A DNA stretch of 59,746 nucleotides, counting the filler, from Jimgerdemannia flammicorona (Eukaryota): assembly GCA_003990765.1 (NCBI GenBank). It is 3 parts of 3 records of this genome, joined end to end, with 100 filler letters (N's around TTAATTAATTAA, not from the genome) between each part and the next. Parts side by side here need not be neighbours in the genome. Positions count along the whole stretch, not along the records: positions 19,954 to 39,805 come from RBNJ01001832.1; 2 more parts are not named here. One strand, given 5' to 3'. The translations under genes were made by a program, and so were the position numbers. Numbering within the stretch: position 1 is the first letter of the stretch; every line of letters begins with the position of its first letter. Below are positions 26,747 through 39,119 of this stretch, piece by piece. The notes beneath the pieces are model-generated. The model ran no database searches and was not told the origin of the DNA. It saw nothing but the letters and a program-made list of their open reading frames with translations.

Positions 26747-28677
26747 ATATTATTATATTTAGTGGATGATTCTGGAAAGGACCTGATACAAAAACACACA
26801 ACTGCTATCCAGTAGTACTATCTTTTCATGTGGATTAACCAGAAGCATGTTTGCTGACCTTAACACGTCAAAATCAAACCTGCCCAATTTGCATAGTGCA
26901 AAAATGTGATTTTGCTGATCTTAGTAAGAAACATCTCAATCGTACCACACAAGAGATGTCACAAATCTTTTATCATGGAGAAACAAGGAGATATCAAAAA
27001 AGCACAAGAGTTACTTCAGCTAAATGGACTTGTTAATGTACAGGTATGTATAGATAAATATTATCTCCCTGCCATCTTTATTACTATATAATTCTTCAGC
27101 CCATATGTAATTCTTCAGCCTATATTTCTTCAGCCCATATGTAATTCCTCAGCTATATATTACCAACTTATATCCATATTTAGTTTATAAAATATTTTAC
27201 TAATATTGCTAATTTATTTATTTAGAATCAATTATGGAAAATCCCTCGATGCAACATATATGCAACTATTATGCCAGATTTACTTCATCAACTCAAGAAG
27301 GGTGTTTGGTCACATTTATGGATTGGTTCCAATATCTTCTGCAAGATATCTATGATGCTCAAAAGGCAAACCAATATTTGGATAAGTTTGACAAATGATT
27401 TGCATTTATTTCATGCTTTGCAAATATCAAACAATTCTCTAAAGAAATTCAGCATACGGAATATATTACTGCTGGTGAATATGCAGATATTATGAAGGTA
27501 TTTATAATATATTTTTATATTATATAATATTTTAGTATATATATATTTAATATTTATTATCACTATATCCATTATCTCATCTGGTTCCCTATTGCCTTTC
27601 TTGCCATCAATATGCCTATCTATCGACATGCCTATGTCTCTATCATCCATCTCAATCATTCATATGTCTTAATCATATTGTCTGTCTCAATCATTCATAT
27701 CGTCTGGTCCATCTTAACCATATCGATATAATTCTAGATTTTCTTACCTTGTGCTAGAGGCTTTTTTACCAGCAGTAGAGAATTGTTAGCTCTCAATGCA
27801 ATTCGATTCTTTGAGAACTGGTATATGCTGATATCTATACCAGTGCAATCTGAAGAATTGCTGAAGAATGCATCACAAATTCTGGAGAAATTCAATCAGA
27901 GCAAAAGGATATTTGAAGATATACCAAGGTATTCTGTCAGCATCCCCAAGATTCATATACTTCAGCATTATAAACAGTAGATTATGGATTTTGGAACACC
28001 AGACAACTTTGATACAGAATACACTGAGCATCAACATATTACTGATGTAAAACAACCATATCTTCACACCAACAAGTGCAATCATATTTCTCAGATGATT
28101 CAATATATGCAGTGCAAAGTTACTCTGGAGATGAAGCAGCAATATCTGGAGAGTTTGAAACTCTCTAACTCTATTGAAGATATATGCCATCATCATTCTT
28201 TGGGCTCTTGGACAAAAAACTCTCCAAAACTTATATCTTCAGTAGATATTCAATATGGTGTAAATCTGAAGCTATGTATTCAAAACTTTCTTCATAATCA
28301 GCTATTTCAAGATGGAGAAGGAAGCCAATATAGAGTAAAGAAGTGCAATCTTCTAGAGCTGAAAAATTTACAGGTATATATTTAATTTACTATTTAAGCA
28401 ATAATTATTTAAAATATGATACTTATTATTACTATTATTATTATTATATAGATTTCTATTTTTCAGTTATTGAACCTTTATATACCTACTATCTTTGGAG
28501 ATAATACAGTCACCCATCATATATGCCAATGCAACTCTAGGTTTCATAGACAGCCACAATATGACTGGATAGCTCTTCTCAATAGCCGAATCAAAGAAAA
28601 ATCTGGTGATGTCTCTGACTTTAATATTGCACAATTGAAATTATTGTTTACATATTAGTATGAGAGTAAAATATTTT

Positions 28678-29839
28678 TTTTTTTTTTATTTTATAGACTC
28701 AGAGTCCTGTCGATTTTTATTAGAAGAGAACCTAGACTATATAGACCAAAACCCTCTCCCACCACTCACCAAGCACTGCCCCCCCATTAACCTAGGCTAG
28801 CTATTGTCCAGCAGCTTGACCATACCAGGTGCAGCAGGGCCTATGGTAGCCTGCACCTCATTCTGCACACCATGCTCTTCCTACCACCAGGGGGAATCCA
28901 GCCATATGTCAACAACTGAAAGTGCATGCCCAAGACCCCAATATATGTACAAGGTCATACCTGAGCTGAATAGAATAGTCTCTGCCACCCTAAGAAGAAT
29001 GACAGGCAAAAAAAAACTCTCATCAAAGTACATCATGGTGGATAGGGCCTGGTTCTCCTAGTCAAGGTGAGTAAAGGACTTATACATGAGGTGGGAGGAG
29101 ACCTCCAATACCCCACTACTCAAGCCTGTGGGCCTTGATCACATTGCTATATCAGCTCCTGGTTCTAGTTGAGTGCAGCCAAGATGCCTGAAATAGGTAG
29201 CCTCAGGCCCCCAACCTGCCAAATCGCCAAAAGAAACTGAGAGTGACACCTACTATCTAACTGCTCCACACTAATCAAAAGGCCCCACTGAAGTAACACC
29301 CACCCCAGCCCTAACAACTGCATCCAGTCTGGCACTCTACTGGTTCACCATAATTGCCCTTCCTCCTATCTGTGATGGCCATCTCTCCTTCCATCCCAAC
29401 AACATCTGAAAAACAGTCACCTATGCCAGAACCATGCTCACCAGGAAGCTTACCAAAGCCAGAGGGCCCCACCACAGGCACTGAGGACCTGCAGGTAATC
29501 TACACTGGGCACTTGACACCCAAGGTTGGCCAACTCCCTATATAATCCATGACACACCAAGACAGCACCTTGTTGGTGATGGCAAAGGAAGAAGGCACCA
29601 CACCAAAACAGATGCACTCCAGATGCAGCCAAAGGCACCAGAAACCATGAAAAAGTAGAGAAGATACTGATCAGATACTGATAAAAGGGCAACCCATCAC
29701 CATTGCATCCCTCCCACTGCCCTACAACAAGTACAGCAAACCAACCTGAGGTAGAGAGGGTAATAATTGTGGAAAGTGGACTCAGAAGGTTGCCTACCAA
29801 ACCATTGTGACTGGTAAGGTAGTGGAGAAAGGGGCCTCA
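28678..29839 (-). mobile_element. LINE family 2, 5'-truncated copy in the last Plavaka exon
   Basis: T-tract at left end; TSD AGTAAAATATTTT at 28665-28677 and 29840-29852. Removing it restores YESKIFYLACIQHF. 3' end matches 45775-46014 in reverse complement. Confidence 0.88.
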
Positions 29840-30130
29840 AGTAAAATATTTTATCTTGCTTGTATTCAGCACTTTAAAATGCTCAGTGTATGTGATCCAG
29901 ATACACATATGGTAATGTTAGAATGTACAGAATTATTTGAGGTTGTTCAAATTAGTGATATAGTACGTAATGTTCATTTGATTCCATATTTTGATAGTAC
30001 TTCTACTGCAAGCAATGCTTTAAAGGAAAAAAAAAGATGTTTATAGCTTTGAGAAATATCTTCTTAATTACTATAGTGACAGATATGCTTACTTCAAGTT
30101 CAATTAACTCCATATATTGTATCATAATAT

Positions 30131-30928
30131 TGTAATGCACAATGGCTCTCAGGGAGCAGATAACTAGTTGCAGTTGGTGTTTAGTAGATAATTCTAGCGA
30201 GTGCCAGTGGTAGATTCATCAATAGTTCCACCAGATTGATTTCTAGTTCCCAGTTGAGCAAATTACAGGAAGACCCACTCCCAGTCAGAATGACCCCAGC
30301 AAAGATCCACATACCGAAATTCAACCCGAATTCGGTACCTCAGTAAAATCAAGTCAAAACCGGAGACCGGTTCCCACGCTTTGATCGAATTGTTCGGGCT
30401 CAGTTCGAACCCTATGGATCTTCCCTTTGGAACAGAGCATGCCAAGATTCTTAAAAACATTTTCACCGAGTTTAATTTGATTATAACTCCTTTCCGCGGA
30501 GATATACACTAAAACGTCAAGGAGATACCTCAAAATACACTACCGTGAGAAACTAGCCCATATCTAGAGAACCACCAAGGATCCCCGAGAGCAAACACCT
30601 CCCAAAAATCGCCAGAGACCTCAGCTACAACCTATCCAAAGCTGAAGACCATTCCCCAATCCATTGACAAGTTATTCAAGTTCTCCCAAAGCCTTGATCA
30701 AAACTTCAAGTCCAAATATCTCCACAACCAAGAGATATTTCAAGAAACAGAGGTCAGAATAATTTTCTAGCAATTTGAGGCTATCTCCATGCGAAGTTTC
30801 AAGAGGATAGCTCTATTCCTTAGAAATTTCACGCTGCCCTCTTGAAATCAGTCAGTATAGAGAAATCCGGATTTGGTTTGCCACCAAATCAAGCCGTCCA
30901 AGCCACCTGAAAAGCCACGTTCGTCACA
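30131..30928. mobile_element. Solo LTR of a second family
   Basis: TGTAA...TCACA termini with ATAT at 30127-30130 and 30929-30932; non-coding. Confidence 0.7.
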
Positions 30929-30989
30929 ATATACAGCTCTATGATGATATAAGTATATTTTTAGTGACTTCTGTATGTTATATTGTAAG

Positions 30990-31146
30990 ATACTGGAGAC
31001 GGCTGGAGACTACTGGATAACATTGGAGACACTGGAGATAGAGATGTTGGAGATGGATATGCATGGAGACACTGGAGATGGAGACGTTGGAGATGGATAT
31101 GCCTGGAGACACTGGAGATGGAGACGCTGGAGATGGAGATCCGTGG
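30990..31146. repeat. TGGAGA(C/T) repeat array, probable subterminal repeats and right end of the Plavaka element
   Basis: Array ends in GATCCGTG (reverse complement CACGG, CAC-type terminus); CpG-normal sequence starts right after it. Confidence 0.55.
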
Positions 31147-31602
31147 GAGATTGCAAATAAATTTCGTGATGAATCTCACATGCGGCTGTTCGATTCATTA
31201 TAAAAATCCATAAAAAAAAAACTCAGTGTTTGGCCATAGTAACACAGGGCGTCAAAATCATTCGAATCTATAGAGTGCTGGCAACGTGATGACTGGGATA
31301 AAAAAGAAGAGGAGCGTTTGCATCCAGTCCGAAAGTGCATTGTTGGTCGTCAAGGCCACCAAAGTGAAGTGGGTGGTTGTCGGTTGTCAAGGGTTCGACC
31401 TGCTTCGCGTCAATTTGCTCGAGATTCGTCGGAAATTGAAGGTCAGTTTTGATAGCGTTTTGTTGGAAGTTGATGTCGCTTATTCCAATTTGCTCATCGG
31501 GAAACCATTCGGAAATGACATAGTGTACTTTCGAAAGGAAGGAATCCCCGTATCGTTCGAGAAGTTGGAGCTTTTGTAAGCCACCATAATCTTTAACGCA
31601 TT

Positions 31603-32328
31603 TCAGGTAGCGGTTGACGACATTTTTCGCGAGTCTTTTGCGACGCCGGGAGTTGCTGATCCGAAGCTCCGCGTCGCCGGTGCAAGAATATTCTGCAGAT
31701 CGTGGATCTCCTCCATAACTTCAACTTCGTCTGTGGAGGATAACTGATCGCACCGAGATTTGATGAGAGTATGGTAAGTTTTGTCGTTGAAGCAAGGCCT
31801 GCTATGCTGGGTGCAGCGGAAGCATGGGAAAGATCCAAGACATTGCTTTTTATCGACGTTACACCTAGCACACGCTGTTCCGGGAGAAGCCCGCTTTGGT
31901 GTTTTTATAATGGCGTGGTTCCTGCATACGCGTTCTCTATGCGGTACATGCTGATTTATAAAGGCTGGCGGTGACAGAAATGTGTTGGTGGGGGCAAGAT
32001 TTTGAATAATGGAAAGTGTATTTAGGGTATTCTCGTGGGATTTGAAATGGGAGACCGAGTCGAGGTGGGCTGGTTCGCACGATGCGCCACTTTGTACCCT
32101 CGGCTGGGTGCTGGCGTGGTTGTCCGAATTTAAGTGAACTGGAAGGCCGCCCATGTCCCCGAAGACCTTCAGGCATGTATTGTAGGGACAGAGGATGTAC
32201 TTTGGTATACTGATGTGAACTCCCGAGTTGATGTGAGCTAGGAAGTTTTCCATACTCTCAGTATGGTCGACCCAGCAGCATGCAGGAAAGAGACAGCGTA
32301 GGTAAGAGGTATTTTGATCAAGAGGCAT
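31603..32328 (-). CDS. Putative transcription factor: two C2H2-like fingers + Zn(II)2Cys6 cluster (3' end uncertain)
   Basis: CLFPAC...HINSGVH, CPYNTC...HLNSDNH and ACARCNVDKKQCLGSFPCFRCTQHSRPC; TATA-like TATAAAG upstream on the minus strand; CpG-normal context. Confidence 0.8.
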   Translation of the reverse strand: MPLDQNTSYLRCLFPACCWVDHTESMENFLAHINSGVHISIPKYILCPYNTCLKVFGDMGGLPVHLNSDNHASTQPRVQSGASCEPAHLDSVSHFKSHENTLNTLSIIQNLAPTNTFLSPPAFINQHVPHRERVCRNHAIIKTPKRASPGTACARCNVDKKQCLGSFPCFRCTQHSRPCFNDKTYHTLIKSRCDQLSSTDEVEVMEEIHDLQNILAPATRSFGSATPGVAKDSRKMSSTAT

Positions 32329-33816
32329 GTTGTTGGATTATAGGTTTGAAATCTTAGGACGATTTCTTTATATCTAAATTTTGTTAACTGTCCCCAGCAA
32401 TCGAATGCCAAGCTCACCTGATATCGATATCCGCGTTGTTTTTGTTACGGAATCAGTGGGCGAGTTTAATTTGGCACTTTTTTCCAGTAATGGGTCGGCA
32501 TTTTGAAAACGCAGGCTATCGTGTAATTACATAATGGTCAATGATCAATATATGCACAGTCGTTATATTTGTGAGCTTGTCAGATCTAGGGAAAGCCTGT
32601 GAAACCGAAAGCAGCCCATCGCACCCGGCAATTCCGTCCGGTCAGCTCCGTTCGCCAAATATGTTCACAACAGGGATGTCCTCTTCACCAGCCATATATA
32701 TCGCACAGGAAGGCATTATATCTTCGTTCTACTATGCTATTTCCCCATATCATGCTATCACAGCGCAGGGTGCGGCTCTCAAGGAGCTATATATTTTTAA
32801 AGGTGACCGTTCAATAATACGAAAAGAGTGGGAGATAAAGAGTCGATTCCCTGCCGAGATGGCACTGAAAAAAAAAAAAAAAAAAAAAAAAAAGATTCGG
32901 TTCCCTGGTCACATATGTATGCTAGGGCTGAGCGTGGTACAGCGCTCGTGCCTGCGATTTCACGGAAAAGTAGTCCGAAAGGTGAAAATTGAAAAGGAAG
33001 GATGATCAATAAAGACAGTCATTGTGACCGACAGCGTCTGGCTTGAAACTGCCTTGATGTCAGAACGCCGGACATTATTCCCGCGAGTTCACATTTACGA
33101 GAACTCGCCTTCTGCAGATCCATTTTACGAATGTCAGTCGGATACACCAAACCGCCTTCAACACTGAACTGAGCACACTGTGGAATGCACACCACGCCAG
33201 AACAGAAGCTTTGTTTTGAGCAGTCATGTATCGCGTTGACATATAGCCGAAGGAAGGAAGATGCCGGACAACGACAATGCTCAAATACCCCAGCTCCGGC
33301 AAGTTTCTTCTGTTGTGTGTTCGTAACCACGTCCAGTCCGAAGGCCCGTGGGGCGAAGGCGTTGAAGTGGAGAACCCTAACGAATAGGAGTAAAGAGCGC
33401 GAGAATCCACAAGCATAGCCCGTGGGTTATTCTCACTTCAACATTAGTTTCAATGGGACACGAAGCATCGTGAAAAACGTCTTCTGGTAGTTTCAGATCC
33501 ATCTTCCAGGACTTCCCGACAAAATAAGGGGCTTGAATCATTATGTCGCAGCAAATTGTAAGAGCACGTCTCTCAAAATTGACGCGTCCAAATCCAGGAT
33601 TCGTAGAATGATGATCTAGAACCGCTCTGAAACGGTTCTACGCAGGTTGAAACTGCTAGAAATACATCATCATATACATTGGAAGTCTGTGTAACAAAAT
33701 TTCATAATCTCTCGCCGCCGTCGTCGTCCTATTATGCAGAATCAAAAGGGCAGAGAGGTTTGTAAACCAGATGGCGAGGGCCTTAAGTTTTCATTGTTAT
33801 TGCGATTGCGACATCA

Positions 33817-33864
<48 letters not shown>

Positions 33865-35213
33865 CTGGTGAAAGAGACGTGTTTTGTGCATTTTTCATTT
33901 GTTATGCCCGAAAGGAGAGAAAAATACATTAAATGAGGGATTAGCGGGTGCATGCTGTCATATTCTTCATCAGTACAACCCCAAGCAATTGTGAGAATGT
34001 CTCGCTGATGCTTTGTGCTGGGACAGGTATCGCCACCTGTCGTAGGCGACTGACGTGAAATCCGTATATTCAATCTCGAATTATATATGCATCTTTGCTC
34101 ACTACATTCACGCATCCGCACCATTCCGCTTCCACTCCCCTGTGTCCTGACCTGGGTTAGGTGGCATGCTTCGACAATATCATAGAGATAAATATCGCCC
34201 ATACCCGACATCCCCGCTCTTCTCCCAACGCCCAGCCATCAACAGACATAGCAACTGTGGATGGATCAATTCGGAGTCACAGAACCCAAGAACATTGTAA
34301 GCGTTGACACCTCTGGGAAGTCGTTGAACAGAGGCGATGTCGTTCGCCACTCGATGGACTTGTTAAGGGGTTCCTTAACAGGTGCGATGTATAAGTCGCG
34401 ATGTCGCTGTTGGATAGATTGCTTGTTGCGCTTTCATAGAATCTGGAAGATAAAACATATCAGGCCTCCACTGCTGTTTGTCCATGCCGGTTCCTATATA
34501 TTGTGCCGCGGGTAAATTCACCACGCGCTTGTGGGATTAAACTTCGCCACGACATTATCGAACCAGCGTTTTCACTCGAAAATCGGTGAGAATGGGGGCA
34601 TGAAGCGTGTAACGGATTGAAACGGAGAACAGCACATTGCTTTCGACCGAAATATTTGACTATACCAGGATAATGCCACCTTGAGGAGATAACCGAGTAT
34701 AGCGTGATGCGACTTGAGGCATGATCTCGTTGGCGACACAAAACACGTGAATTATATTTTGTTTGATTTTTTTTTTTTTTTTTTTTTGATGTACATAACC
34801 CATGGATACAGGAGGGTAGTAGGTTCCTTTCACTATTCGAACTGTGGGCGCGGGTAAAAACTGGCATAACCCACCTTCACTGACAACCACGCCTGCTCCA
34901 TTGGGCCAACATTTTCTGATATCCTGCGGGTGATATTCTAAGTGTGATTTAATTAAGTAAATTCAGCTTTGACCGCTCGCTTGAGTAGGTCTTAAACATT
35001 TCTCGCATCCATTCGAATCGCGTTATATTTCGGCAACATGTGGTCGAATATTTTACTCATTCCGACCAAAGTTTTCAAATGCGAAGTGCGAAGCCATGGG
35101 AAGTCGTTTCTTACCCTTAAATGATTTCGAGCAATGTATATATATATATATCATTATATACTTACAGAAATCGCCGGTGAATTTATATAAATTTAATCCC
35201 ACCGTTTTCTCAC

Positions 35214-35422
35214 CTTAAAGAACGCATCAATGACTTCTGAAGAATACCTGCGACCGGTGCCAGATTGATTGTCTGCTCTTCCCACGTTGTCTTTTGTAAT
35301 TCAATTACAATCGACTGCAATAACCAATCCCGTATAATTACCACGTCACTTGTCCCCAAATAATAGTCGACTTCCGTAACCGCGACAGCCATACTCTATT
35401 TGACTTCGAGAATTGCCTGCTC
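35214..35422 (-). pseudogene. Isolated exon-like fragment, unknown protein
   Basis: CTGAC..TACAG acceptor and AG/GTGAG donor around EQAILEVK*SMAVAVTEVDYYLG...; one in-frame stop. Confidence 0.25.
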
Positions 35423-38247
35423 CTGTATTTGCCTGGGTCAGGGTTCCCACCAATCCAATGGCTTCTACGACCTGGTCATATAAGTTTTTACCTCAGAGTA
35501 ATGAGGTCCGCAACCCAACTCTTGATCGCTAGACCGAACGTGGGTATCGTAATATGGCGTTACATCGTCTTTGTGTAAATTGGTTGCATTTTGTGAATTT
35601 CGCCTGCATCATGTAAACAAAACCCGTGGAAAAATACACATATTTCGCTATCAATGCTTTGCCGTTAGAAGTGAATCGTTTCTTAAGTTCAGTAATGTGA
35701 AATGAGAAGATTACGTACAATGTCAGACAACGACAAAATGAGTTCGAACGCAACTTTACAAATTGAAAAATAAAGATATTGGCCACGTAAATTCGGTCGG
35801 CTCTGAAAAATCTCAATGCAAACATAGAGTGCACGTTTTATTAAAGTTGGAAATCCAAATCGGTGATCACCTTCAGACAATCAATACTGCGGGCAGTACT
35901 TGACGACCAAGAAGCACGTGCTGTGCTACGAGTTCGAGCAGAGCTCCTACCATATCATTTTGTCATGGCGACGAAAATGGCTACAAGTTTACGACAACTA
36001 ATTACAATGTCTCGCCAACTTGAACTCGTTCCCAATACACATGCATAACGAAATCAAACCAATCCCCTATCTCCAGCTTCAGAATGGCAATGTCATCTCT
36101 CGCGAACTGCTCATTTTCCAGAACCCAATGGTCAGCAAGAACCCTCATGAAAAAACGTGTGCGAGGAGCGGGCGAGAGTATTGCGGGCGCTTGTGGAGAA
36201 AAAGGCGACATGTGCCGGGGAAGGTGGTGCGATAACGTGATTCTGGTGGAGGAGTATCCGACATGCAGGCGGTCGGTAAGGGCGATCGGTGGGATACATG
36301 TAGGTGGTCGATGGGGGACATGTAGGCAGTCGTGGTACATACGGGACATGGTGATGCCGCTAGACAGAGTTGTACGCTTCTGGGGGGGGGGAAGGTACAT
36401 CAAAGTGGAGCGTTCGGCCGTTGGAGAGCAGGTGAGGACAGAGGGTTTGTCACGACATCGTGCGGCCCGCATTGAAGTCCATCAATCAGGGCGCTGGGTA
36501 CCAGTACCAGAATCTCGTGACGCCCGAGCTGATGAGCCCGATCTTGTATAAGACAAGGCCGTACCTTTTCTTCTCAGCGATTACTGCAAAATCCGGCACA
36601 TCACGACAAAATCGAGCTATCGGGGATTGGCGCCGTCGAAGTGACGGTGAATACGCATGGCGCAGGAGGTGCGCTAACCAGGGTACACCCTTCTTAGCCT
36701 GTTCGATCCAGGTAACTCGCCCTGGGAGGAGCCTGTCGACGGGGGGACGCCCACGTTCGTGCACACATAGTGTCTACGGACCAGTTGGTCATGTTCGCCG
36801 GGTACGGAGTCATGGCGGAGTTAGATTCTGGGTGTTACTGTCGCGCAATCTCGAGCTGGGTGGATGCGCATGATGGGGGATCGGGAGGAGTTAGAGATAC
36901 TGCTGTTTTACGGGGCGCAGGAGGGCAGGTGCAAGGGCGACGAGGAGAGGAGGGTGAGCGTGTTCAAGAGGAGAAAATTTGGAGGACGGTCAGGGGAGGT
37001 CGCGGAGGTGGCATGTGTATGTTGGTATTTGTGGCGTGGTCGGTGGTTTGGTGATTCTTTACTTTATGTGGAGAAGGGAGGAGGACATTATATTCAAATG
37101 GTAGTGAGATATAATTGTATGTTATTATGACTTTGTAAGCTTTAACTTGTAATTGTAATATTTTTAATTTTTCGTTGCTTGCAAGATTGCCACAGCATCA
37201 CCGTGACATTCAAACCCTTATCTGTCCGGCTTTCCTATAACTCAGACCAATCCTTTCACCGACTCTATTCTACATTTACGTTTTCCTATTTTTTGATTTA
37301 TTTTTCCTCCAACGATCCATGTAGAACCCCTAAACCATGCGCCATTGTCCGACACATAATCCGGTCGGGAATCTTGGCGGCCTGGTAGTTCCCATTGCCA
37401 TGCATACAACGCGCCGTGCGACACGATCCGCCGAATGATTTTTTGTCTGACCCTCGAGACCCTTAGTATTAGTCAGAGAAAATTATATAAATAGTGTATG
37501 TTTGCCAACGACAATAGAGCTCAGGTTTGAACTATTCGAATTCCGGCGCGTACAAGCAAGAAGTGCGCTATCAGAATCATCCGCGTCATTTTTTCAAGTT
37601 TGACGCGTCTCATTTAAGGTTGTGGAACGATGGCGTTGAACGACCACACGGGAGGTCCATCGCTCTACGCACTCTCAATGGGACGTAGCCGATAGCATTA
37701 GTCAGAGAGGCGGAAAGTGGCTGTATAATAGGATAGGGTGCAGAAATAATAAAGCGCAGCTTTGAGGATTTGGACTATCGGTAAACACGTTCATTCATGC
37801 ATGAACATACAATCAGAGGAATCCGCGTATAATAGGTCTCAACAGGTTGCTTTACTAAGCAAAGGCGTTCCTGTAGATCCGACAGGACAAATTTCTGGTG
37901 GAACGTCACTAGAAACAAGCCACCGATTGTTTTATAATGGCGATTCTTCACATGCAATTCTCTTGGAAAAGTTTCACACAGATGACAATGATGATACAGC
38001 AGTGGTGGATATTGGTGTTGAAAATGAGAAGGTAGTGGAAGTCAATATTTAAGATATTGTTTATAAATATATATATATATTAATCATTAAGGCCAAAATT
38101 GTGACTGGTCACAATATCAATTATAAAATAGTGAAAAAAACTACTTTTATTAAAATATTATATGTAATAATAGAAAAAAACTCTTCATTAGATTAAACTT
38201 GATTAAGTACATTAAAAAGGAGTAGAGTATAAGTACTGTGCAATACA

Positions 38248-38328
38248 TAAAAAAAAAAAAAGAAAAAGAAAAAAAAGAAAAAGAAAAAAAAGAAAAAGAA
38301 AAAAAAGAAAAAGAAAAAGAAAAAAAAA
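38248..38328. repeat. A-rich (AAAAAG)n tract
   Basis: Directly visible; may be a decayed poly(A) tail. Confidence 0.85.
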
Positions 38329-38967
38329 TATAATTCGCGTGTTTTGTGCCGCCACCTCAAGTCTACCTTTGCGATCCCGTCGAAACCAACTGATAATTTT
38401 GTATGGGCAGGCCAACATAATCAATCATTTGTGCATATTGTGCTTGTATGCCTTACTCAACAAGTCCAGACCCTGTAATCTGACAATCTGACCACATTCA
38501 AGATTTAGCCGTGTCCACCCTTATCGTCATATAGAATTATGTCGTCACTGGCAAGCCACAAAAAAAAAAAAATTCTATTGCCACGCCGTGTCCATATTTC
38601 CACCCAAACTTCTTTTTTCAACCCCCCCAATCATGAGTACTTAACACTACCACTCACTGTAGCCGCCTGTTCGACTTGAGGTAGAGACGGTGAAAGCAAG
38701 TACCCGGGGAACGCCAGTAGCCTAAAAAGTGAAAGCAATTACCTGTTGCGGGAAGTAAGCGTGTAAACTTTCTTTCAAGAAACTCATGTACAGGGCGCCC
38801 ACCACCTTCAGGTTCATCTTGTCGGTGGTCCTCTTACAAACCCCTCAAACCCCTATCAGTGCCCGTGATAAATATTAACACTCTCTTTCAAGGTCCGCAT
38901 GCAGGCGGCCCCTACAAGGGCCCTTCAAAGATAAGTAGTCTTTCATAGTTCTCTCAATGTTCTCAAC

Positions 38968-39040
38968 ACTATCGTTCATTTGGAAAAACTCCTACTAACC
39001 GCCAACTGACGAGCCCCTTAAAAAGGTGCGGAAGATAAGT
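38968..39040 (+). ncRNA. Degenerate type III hammerhead ribozyme
   Basis: TTGG...GCCAA, CTGACGA (39006-39012), GCCCCTT/AAGGTGC stem II, mutated GGAAG in place of GAAAC, residual stem III ACTATC/GATAAGT. Confidence 0.55.
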
Positions 39041-39119
39041 ATATACGCCTTTATTTTCTGTTTGTTTTCAACACTTTATTGAAAATCTTTTACTCACTAT
39101 TTTTTGACCGGTTCCTTAT

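Larger units (their letters stand above)
23891..30107 (+). pseudogene. Plavaka-family (CACTA-like) transposase with six GT-AG introns, inactivated
   Basis: N-terminal CLICH zinc finger; RLYSEIRWSDWWWHIQ-DTLPDGATLIPILFGIDETHLT...YPLYLSI; DLLHQLKKG; PKIHILQHY...DFGTPDNFDTEYTEHQH...VKQPY; VRNVHLIP. Introns at about 24596-24673, 24893-24949, 25328-26762, 27044-27225, 27498-27737, 28374-28451. Confidence 0.88.

Noticed and set aside
32541..34890. Short ORFs with poly-Lys or poly-Phe
   Set aside because: Arise from A/T homopolymer tracts; no domain signal.
36020..36545. DRAHQLG (SNF2-like) and DDIAILKL (trypsin-like) words
   Set aside because: Isolated short matches without the other family motifs.
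37590..37612. TTGACGCGTC MCB-like sites (also about 33579)
   Set aside because: Short motif with no identified downstream gene.
38838..38856. CAAACCCCT duplication as a telomerase RNA template
   Set aside because: Does not match TTAGGG-type repeats, and no telomere sequence is available to compare.
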